In this document: positions 55,539 to 64,000 of the stretch, one piece after another | How positions within the stretch are numbered: position 1 is the first letter of the stretch | Layout: the number at the start of each line of letters is the position of its first letter | Assembly: GCA_964016885.1 (NCBI GenBank) | Contig: OZ024741.1 | Location: 109,678,001-109,742,000 of the forward strand | DNA length: 64,000 nucleotides | Direction of reading: 5' to 3' | Source: Eledone cirrhosa | Taxonomy: Eukaryota | Program-made: the position numbers and the translations under genes | The notes under the pieces: generated by a model | What the model was told of the DNA's origin: nothing | Database searches by the model: none | What the model saw: only the letters and a program-made list of their open reading frames with translations

Positions 55539-56007
55539 GTAAATATGATAATAATGGAGCTGCGGCGCTGCAGATGGGTTACATATGAAAAAGTTTGTCC
55601 TCATCAGTGGCCTTCCAACCGTCGTAGGCATTTCGTCGCATTAAAGGCCATATACCTCAGGTTGGTGCGAGCAACGGCTAAAAAAAGTCGTTGGGACACG
55701 TAAATAAAGGGGACGCTAGGGTAAACAGACAAAATGGTTTAAGCAGCAGAAAGTGATGAAGAAGAAACAAGTCCCAGATTTCTATGAATATAAATTCGGT
55801 GGAATCGTGAACGAGAGAATAAAGACCATCAAACCTGGTTGAAATGTGAGCAAGGAAGGAATTTCGCACAGGTCTAACTGGAGGAAGAAGGGGTCTGGTC
55901 TGCGAATTCGGTAAACATAAGTTCTGTGAAGTCGCAGACGAGAGAGAGAGAAAAAAAATTCATACCGGCTTGGCCAAGTGCCCGCGAGAAAAGAATTACG
56001 GACAGGT

Positions 56008-56044
<37 letters not shown>

Positions 56045-56191
56045 GTAAAAAACCGAGAGGATATATCCGTAGTAGGTAGAGCAGTCAGTCCAAAGGACGA
56101 ATTTGGTATGGTGATAGTTCCACAACAATTTATCAACCCATACTCGAGTAGTGCATGGTTTCCTTCATTGCTGTGGATCTAACTCTCTGTC

Positions 56192-56268
56192 CTGACGAGA
56201 GTTTATCTTTTCAATGGAAGCCCGTAAGGACTGTCCATTTATTTTTGAGACTCGAAACCGATTCGGTA
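56192..56268 (+). ncRNA. Hammerhead motif with an extended stem II, near the 3' end of an element ending at 56344
   Basis: CTGACGA-GAGT..ATGGA..TCCAT..ACTC-GAAA-CCG(att)CGG-TA; stem I is poorly paired. Confidence 0.6.
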
Positions 56269-56342
56269 AAGGTAACCATAGTAAGTACAGTGAATTTTTT
56301 GAAATTTATTTTGAAACTTTTTCTTATTTGCTAAACCTTGAT

Positions 56343-56371
<29 letters not shown>

Positions 56372-56373
<2 letters not shown>

Positions 56374-58871
56374 AGATCAAAAGATGGTTAAAGGAGTTCC
56401 ATGTATTTTATTATGCGCATTTCAAAAACAAACATCATCATGCAATAATATTTGTGTTTTCATCAGATAAAACAGGAGGACATGATATGAAGGCTAAAAA
56501 ACACTTGTGGATAGTGCAGTTTTAAATCAGCATATGAGAAGTAATTTTAGATTGATGTGTGATATTGGGAAAAATATTTTATTTAGAGAGGGGGGGTGGA
56601 AAGGATGAAAAAAAGGGGAGGAGATGAGAGTGAAGGTAGAGAGGGAGAGATGGGTGATAGAGAGAAAGAGATAGTTTTTATAACTGAGAAAAGATATATT
56701 GTTTTACATAGAGAGGTTGAAAACCGTTGGAAGATAATGTATAAATTAAAAGAATTTGAAAATTAACGAAGGGAAAAATATGTACGAAGAAGGAGAGGGA
56801 GTTGATATGTATTGAGATTAAAAAGTTTGATGATAGAGAGAATAGAATAATAAGTTGCGGATGAATATTCTAACGTCAAAAAAATGTGTGTATGTTTACA
56901 AGTATTATGGAAATTTGAAAATTAACGAATAGAAAAAAAAAATTAAGGTTTGTGTATTGAAGGATTTGAGAAAAATAATGTGAAGTTAAGGTTTGTATAT
57001 TGAAGGAATTGATAATATGTGCGAAGAAAGAGTTAATATGTATTAAGAATGAGTTAGATGATGGGGAGAAAAAATAATAAATTAAGGATGAATAATCTGG
57101 CGTCAAAACAAATGTATATGTTACGAAGGATTTTACGAGGTGAAGATAGAGTGAGGGTAATGAGTAAACAAGTATTATAGAGTGTATAATACCCTTTGAA
57201 GTAAGGTAGGAAGATGGGTATATTTTAAAAGAGGTGTATGTATATGTGCCTTTGAGAAAAGATTCTAAATTGATAAAGAATTGAATATTAGCTGTATACT
57301 TTGTGAAATGTCTTATGGAATTTATGCAAGCAGATAGAAAACAAATCTGTACGTTTATTTATTATAGAATCTAGATTAGAGATAATGGTAAATTTTTCAT
57401 TTAGGCAGAGATTACAGATTTTAGATAGAGAGCTGTTCAAGTATGAAAACGCAGAAGAAACCTTCTTCCAAAAGATGGTATATTTAATGTTTTTGTCTTT
57501 CAAGGACCATATGAGTTCTGAGAGAGCCGTGTTGGTTCTTTAAGTTTGTATTTAAAAGATGAATGATGATTATAGAGACGAGCTTTAAAAGAGGTGGAAG
57601 TGGAGCCAAAATAGGTGAAGGAATTGGTGCTAGTTATAACTTTACATTCATAAATTAAGTTTTTATCAAGACAATGGTTGTTGAGAGGACATTTATTTTT
57701 AATAGGGCAGTTGCAATTAGAGAGATTATTAATGAGTGACCTAGTGTTATCTATAGAAGGAATTGGATTGGAGAAGTTGTTTGCGATAGGAATAATAGTT
57801 TCTTGATTTAGAGTTGGATTATGAACATTTAGCGAAGTTGAGTTTGACTTTGTATTTGGGTTTACAGAAATTAGCCTAGGGTTTACAATGACGTCGGGAG
57901 TACTATTACTGTTATTATGAAATTCAGTGTTGGAAGGAAGAGATTTAGTATTTAGTATTTTATTGTTGTGTTTAGAGATAATGTTGGAAATATTGGAGGA
58001 TGTAGAATAAGAAAATTTTATGGTGTGTTTGTTAAATATTTTACTATAGATATGTGAGGGAGGGAAGCATTTATTTAAGGCACTAAAGAATAATTTAGGA
58101 ATATTGTTATTAATAGAGATGGAGAAAGGAGCATTATACCAGATTATGTTTTTGTATCTAGGTCTTTTATTAAAGTTATTGGAATGATCATGATTAATTA
58201 TTCTACTGTAAGTTCTTCTAGAATTTGTTTCTTTACTATATTTGATTTTATCAGGATAGCCGGCTTTAGAAAGTGCGTTATTATAGTAATTGGCTAATTG
58301 GCATTAGCATCAAAGATGTTTTTATTAGAAGATATGTTAGATATTCTTTTTCCAATATTACTAACTATAGCATTCTTGATATTGGTAGGATGGTTAGATT
58401 TAAAGTTAACATAATTTAGGTTCTCATTGTTTTTATGGTAAGGGTAATATAGGCCAGTGTCAAGATTAAGAGATACATCCAAGAAATTAGCTAGTTTGAT
58501 ACTGTTATCAAATTCAATTTTTAAGTTATGTTGGTTAAAGAGATTACGTATATTGTTCTTAATAATATTAAGGTTAACTATATTGCAATTTAAGATAGTA
58601 AAGAGTCCATCGTCACGATAAATTCCACCGCGAAGTTGAGGAATTTTCCGACTCAAAGAGTTCAAAATAAAGATACCAATTAAATCAGTCAATTGGGATG
58701 AATCGGATGCTCCCATTGTGATGTCGAAGTTGTTAGAGGTATCGGCTCTGGTCCAATATTCGTTGTTGAACTCTAGGATGGTTTTACGTGCGGTGAGGAT
58801 GATGTGAAGTTCATCTGTGGTGATGTCAGAATATTTAAGTGCGAAAGATAGAGCATTATTGAGAAGTGATC
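56372..58871 (-). mobile_element. 5'-truncated Penelope-like element with YRDD RT and C-terminal GIY-YIG (Hydra-clade-like), pseudogenised
   Basis: FDITMGASDS..GGIYRDDGL..NFLDV..SNHP; KNIIWYNAPFS..KIFNKHTIKFSYS; CNCPIKNKCPLNNHC..NLIY..YFGST..FKARLYNH; TALSELIWSLK..CNLCLNEK. An 8-bp duplication (GCCAATTA) creates the stop at 58294, and there is a frameshift near 57540. Confidence 0.88.
56405..56473 (-). ncRNA. Type I hammerhead ribozyme at the 3' end of the second PLE
   Basis: Minus strand: GTTTTAT-CTGATGA-aaac-ACAAATATTATT(gcat)GATGATGTTTGT-tttt-GAAA-TGCGCA-TA-ATAAAAT. 7-bp stem I, long stem II, palindromic stem III, AUA triplet. Confidence 0.82.
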
Positions 58872-59118
58872 TTATATATTATGTACACTCCAGTCCTACA
58901 AACTGTAGAGTGCTTCTTATCCGATATCTGCATTGCTTTATTGTACTACAATAAAACTCACCTCCTACATTATATATATATATATATATATATAATCTGA
59001 GTTTTTAGAATATTAATGATAATATTCGATTCGTTTGCGATTATGCAAGCTGCCTCTTTAAGCCATGTCAGTAGAATGACACCGTCATTCTTGGTGTTGT
59101 GTTGGCATATAAACAGAA

Positions 59119-59163
59119 CGGCAGACACTAGTGTCTCTGGGTGATTACCCTTCATCAGTAGCG
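59119..59163 (-). ncRNA. Degenerate hammerhead (GAAA->GAGA)
   Basis: Minus strand: CTGATGA-A-GGGT(aatc)ACCC-a-GAGA-CACTAGTG-TC. Confidence 0.55.
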
Positions 59164-59267
59164 TGTCCTGCTTACCTGCCAACTGTCAGAGCTAGTGAAA
59201 ATATATATTTTCTGAAATATACAGTGACTGATCGGCCTGATTTGCATATTAGCAGACCGCCTGTTTG

Positions 59268-59411
<144 letters not shown>

Positions 59412-59689
59412 AAATATATATATATATGTATATATATATAAATTAAAGTATAGAAATTGTTGTGAGCGTGAAGCCAACAGTATTCCATAATATATATGTG
59501 ACCATAACGTCAAAATGGAAAAATAGTTATCGTAAGATGTGAGAAAATAATTCAAACTCAATTCAAAGAAAGTCAAGATATAGATTAATCCATAGAATTT
59601 TGTGAAACCCAGGGAAAAATCAATAGAGCCTTAACTCAGAATAAAATAAAGTTTAAATACTCATCCTTCAATTTGGAAAAACTACAAAT

Positions 59690-59769
59690 GCTCTGTATAA
59701 TCTTAAAAAGACTATTTCGCGAAACTTTCAGTGGGGATGGTCACGGTTGGAGTCGTTCATCAGCAGAGC
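59690..59769 (-). ncRNA. Type I hammerhead ribozyme with a full stem III
   Basis: Minus strand: GCTCTG-CTGATGA-aCGA..TCGc-GAAA-TAGTCTT(ttt)AAGATTA-TA-CAGAGC. 6-bp stem I and 7-bp stem III; the 10.1-11.1 position is an A-C mismatch. Confidence 0.8.
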
Positions 59770-60039
59770 TCAAACACGATAATCCTAAAACCACCGTAGA
59801 ATATGCCAAAAAGGGAATTTAAAGACAGGCTAATTCACCTCGTACGTAATTATGAAAAATAAACGCACATGGAGAGACATGGCTGGTGACGTCAGAATGA
59901 GACGAATGTCTGTTTGCATGAAACAACAGTCAAAACATTCCGAAAAAAACTCTACAAGTGTAAGGAGTTCAGCAAAATAGCAATAGTATCGCGGTTTAAA
60001 AAAAAAAAAAAAGATAGAGAGAGAGATGGGAGTGTGTCT

Positions 60040-60452
60040 ATGGTGGATTGGTAATAGAATCGTTACAGCGTCGTTTAAAAGGATAAATGCTATGCGGCAA
60101 TTGTTCCACCTCTATACATTCTGAGTTCAAATCCCACTGATATAAATTTTGTCTTTCATCCTCCCGGGGTCAATAAAATAAGGTACAAATCAAATACTGT
60201 GTCGGTAGAATCGAATTTCCCCTTCCAGTTAATCCAAGGCCTTGTGTCTAAATTAAAAATATATAAATAATTGTTTCTACTTTTGGCACAAGGCCAGCAA
60301 TTACCCAGTGCATTACTGGTACTGTATTTTATCAATCCTGTAAGGATGAAAGGCAAAGTTAACCTCGGCGGGATTTGAACTCAGATCGTAAAGGGACGTC
60401 ACTATGCTGGAAAGCATGTCCGACCCTCTACCGATACTGCCAATCCACCGCC
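60040..60452. mobile_element. Two OK-like SINEs tail to tail (~60040-60260 +, ~60270-60452 -)
   Basis: GGTGGATTGGTA..GAGTTCAAATCCC..TCATCCTCCCGGGGTCAATAAAAT, then the reverse-orientation copy ending CCAATCCACCGCC. Confidence 0.8.
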
Positions 60453-60774
60453 CTTTACATAAAGAATACAAATACATAAGCAAAAGAACATTTATATAAC
60501 TGATAACTTTGATAGGTTTCGGCCATGTCTATCCTATTAGCAAGAGCTTTTTCTGTCTGCATATTTCGATTAAATTTTGCTCATGTATATGTCTATATAT
60601 AATGTGTCACCTCGACATTCTTTCCTCATGTACCTATTGTGAATGTGTATGTATTATGTATGTGGACATATATGTGTATGTGTCGGATGGTGTGTGTATA
60701 TGTCTATGCCTGTCTGCGTAGTGCATAGTGAGTGTATGTGTAACAATGCGTCTGGGTATATAATACTACCTGTG

Positions 60775-60861
<87 letters not shown>

Positions 60862-61255
60862 ATATACGATATATATATACGATATATATATATATACGAT
60901 ATATATATATATATATATATATATACGGTATATATATATATGTGTGTGTGTGTGTCAGAGCATGCGTGTGTCTGTATGTGTATGTATATGTCTGTGCATA
61001 CGTGTGTAGAGTGTCATGTGTGTTTGTGGGTCCGAATGTGTATAAGTCTATGCGTGCATGTGTACGGTGTAGTGTGTAAGTTGGGTTTGGGTGTGTGCTG
61101 TGAGGTGTATAATAAAACTTTAATGTCTATTATATTTAACAACGACTCCATGTATTTACACTCCTACAATGAAGTTCCGCTGTAATTACGTCTACATAGG
61201 ATTTCAGTGACTGGGGGAGGAGGGGAATACATGTCAATCTAGCTACCTTGCATAC

Positions 61256-61312
<57 letters not shown>

Positions 61313-61341
61313 ATTTATATATATATATATATACATATAAA

Positions 61342-61394
<53 letters not shown>

Positions 61395-61400
61395 TTATAT

Positions 61401-61437
<37 letters not shown>

Positions 61438-61444
61438 CATTTAT

Positions 61445-61478
<34 letters not shown>

Positions 61479-61518
61479 CAGTATAGATATACCCCACCTC
61501 TCTTCTCACTCACTCCCT

Positions 61519-61564
<46 letters not shown>

Positions 61565-62024
61565 AATAGATATATGTATGTATTATGTATGTATGTCTGT
61601 ATTATGTATGTATGTGTGCATGCATTATTGTATGTATGTATGTACAAGCAAATTACATCACAGGAATTCGGAATTGTGTTTATGACAGAAAGTCTGTGTG
61701 GACGACAGCCGCCATTTTAGAGAATCATTCGAAAGAGCAGAACAGGAAATACCTGTCTTCCGAGCAGGAAACATTATGGAGGCGGCGAGAGTAGGGAGCT
61801 GTTTAAAGTGTCTGCCTAACGTTTGCATCGCTGATAGGTATGCGTGTATGCACACACACATATATGTGTGCGCGCGTATATATACATTTTACAGAACACA
61901 CGTGTATTTATATATATATATATATAATTAATTAATTATATATGTGTATGTGTGTCTGTGTATATGTATTTATATATATGTATATATATAAATATATATG
62001 TGTGTGTGTATGTGTGTATCTTTT

Positions 62025-62780
62025 TCGCCTACTCATTCCTGCAGGAGTCGTGGTAGCAGAGTCCTCAGACACTCTTTTCAGCGGGTCCCGTCAGAAGCAA
62101 ATGTCTCCAACTGAGATCAAGAAGGCTCATAGATTTTATCCAACCAGATTGCACGGGGTCTACCCCAGGGTCTCTTGCCTGTTGGTTTTTCCCGAGACAC
62201 TCTAACCTCATGCCCATAGTATCGGAGCTGGGATCTCTCAATTCGGAGAAGTAGCGGTTCGACCTGGAGTGACTCTCTGATCTCCTGCAATTATTGCACT
62301 TAATTCAGCCTATTGCCTTCCATCACTCGTGAACAAGGCCTCGAGATACTTCAACTTCTCTTCTTTTTTCAGTGAAACTCCATTACCTGCGCAGGCTTCC
62401 TTGAAAGGACGATACTCTCAGTTTTCACAGCACTGATTTTCATTCCATCCATGTAGCACTCGACATCAAACCTCTTAATTCCAAGTCGAAGATCACCTTC
62501 GAGTTAATACCATGTCCTCTGCAAATTCTAACCGGGCATTAGTATAGAGATGTCAGAACAGCAAGAAATTTACTATCGATCCCATACTCCTGCAGTACCT
62601 TCCATAATAGGTCCTGAGTAACGCGGTCATATGTCTTTTCAAGGTCAACAAAACAAGAATATACCTCCTGGCAATACTCCCTTGATTTCTCGAAGACCTG
62701 CCCCAGTGTGAATATTTTATCGGCCGTGCTGCGTCAGGGGCGAAAACCACACTATTCATCACATAGCTTGTAGCTTAAAC
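62025..62780 (-). mobile_element. RTE-clade LINE, decayed with internal deletions
   Basis: Block-wise homology to 13510-14490 (AGAGTCCTCA..GTCAGAAGCAA, ATGCCCATAGTATCGG..TTCGGAGAAGT, AGATACTTCAA, CGATCCCATACTCCTGCA). Confidence 0.78.
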
Positions 62781-63154
62781 CTAAAGTCCTCCCATGGATA
62801 TACCATGCATAGACGTTGTGTGTGTGTATCATCTAAACAAACACAAGAAAATATGTATTTGATGGGTTTATATACCCATTCGCTCATAGTAGTACTCTGA
62901 AATGGAGGCGCTAATTTGCATCTAATTAACGCTTGAGTTGGTAGTTATTAAAGTAGTATGTATTAAGTGCATCAAACAGGTGAAACGTACGATGAAGTTA
63001 TATCTGTATAGATACAGATTGGGTAACCGTGACTGCGGCAATATGCATATAAATATACTCATTTTTAAGACATATAAATATGCCAGGAAAAAGAATTTCC
63101 CTATATATAAAATTATCATACACTTCCGATGCTTGGCGCAATTCTTAAATATAT

Positions 63155-63188
<34 letters not shown>

Positions 63189-63557
63189 ACGCACACACCA
63201 AAATTGCTATCACAACTATAACTACCCCTCACACCACTATATCGAGATATATTACATGTTTATATACATCTCTGTGTAAATATACAAGCTAAAACCCAAA
63301 CATACATTGAATCACTTGCACATTTAAATAGAATAGTGGTACAGGTCCCCCCTCTATCCCTCTCTGTTTCTTTCTCTCTCTAACACACACACACACACAA
63401 ATATATATATATATGGGCAGTCAGAAGAGGCTCATCTGCTTATGGCTACTGGAATTAATAAGTTTAGTGTCAGTCCTTTTTTCAATAAAATCTATACTAT
63501 AAATATTTTGCTTGCTCATTCCGGTAATGTTTGACTCCTTCAATATATGAAACACCC

Positions 63558-63618
<61 letters not shown>

Positions 63619-64000
63619 CCTGCGCATGTATTGTTTTTTTGGCGGTAATTCTCCTTCCACTTTTTTTGAGACAGTATGAGAATTTCTTTAGAACTGCTGG
63701 GCTAGCAACCTAGCAGCTACCTCAAGCACTGATGGTGATTATCGCTAAATATTGATGTTGAATTATAAGAGCCCACTTGAATAAGTATCTGTTGATCTTA
63801 TACAAGCTTCTACATAAATTGGTATAATTTCACCCAACTTGTAGGAATCTTATAATGAAATGAAACGTCCGTCTGGGATGAGATATATTTGATATATCTC
63901 ATATGAAATAATACAGCCAATGTTCCACACAATACAATTAGTTAGCACCCCGAACGTTTAATTAGGAATATACTCACTTATTTCCTAATGTTTGTTGAGT

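Noticed and set aside
61700-61800. YY1-like CCGCCATTTT motif (also AAAATGGCG near 12134)
   Set aside because: Short motifs with no promoter context or other support.

Overview
Eukaryotic, AT-rich, extremely microsatellite-dense DNA. It is most likely an octopus or other coleoid genome (inferred from OK-like and OR1/OR2-like tRNA-derived SINEs and the (TA)n/(CA)n/(GA)n load). Almost all ORFs in the supplied track are microsatellite artefacts. The only host gene I can support is the terminal coding exon of a BAMBI homolog (48995-49431, minus strand); its upstream exons are not visible and probably lie beyond base 64000. The rest is transposon-derived: a head-to-head inverted Penelope-like element (PLE) pair (RT plus GIY-YIG; 1-4975), a second 5'-truncated PLE of a different clade (YRDD; ~56372-58871), RTE and CR1 LINE fragments, a deleted mariner, a hAT-Charlie MITE with an 8-bp TSD, and many SINEs. 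The main hidden structure is about 20 type I hammerhead ribozyme (HHR) motifs, read by eye, in at least 12 apparently unrelated sequence families. Many sit in short non-coding elements inserted in (TA)n as tail-out fold-back dimers. One is a ~413-bp ORF-less, terminally redundant, retrozyme-like unit (40971-41819). Two well-formed HHRs lie on the sense strand of the inferred BAMBI intron. All folding was done by eye and no searches were run.
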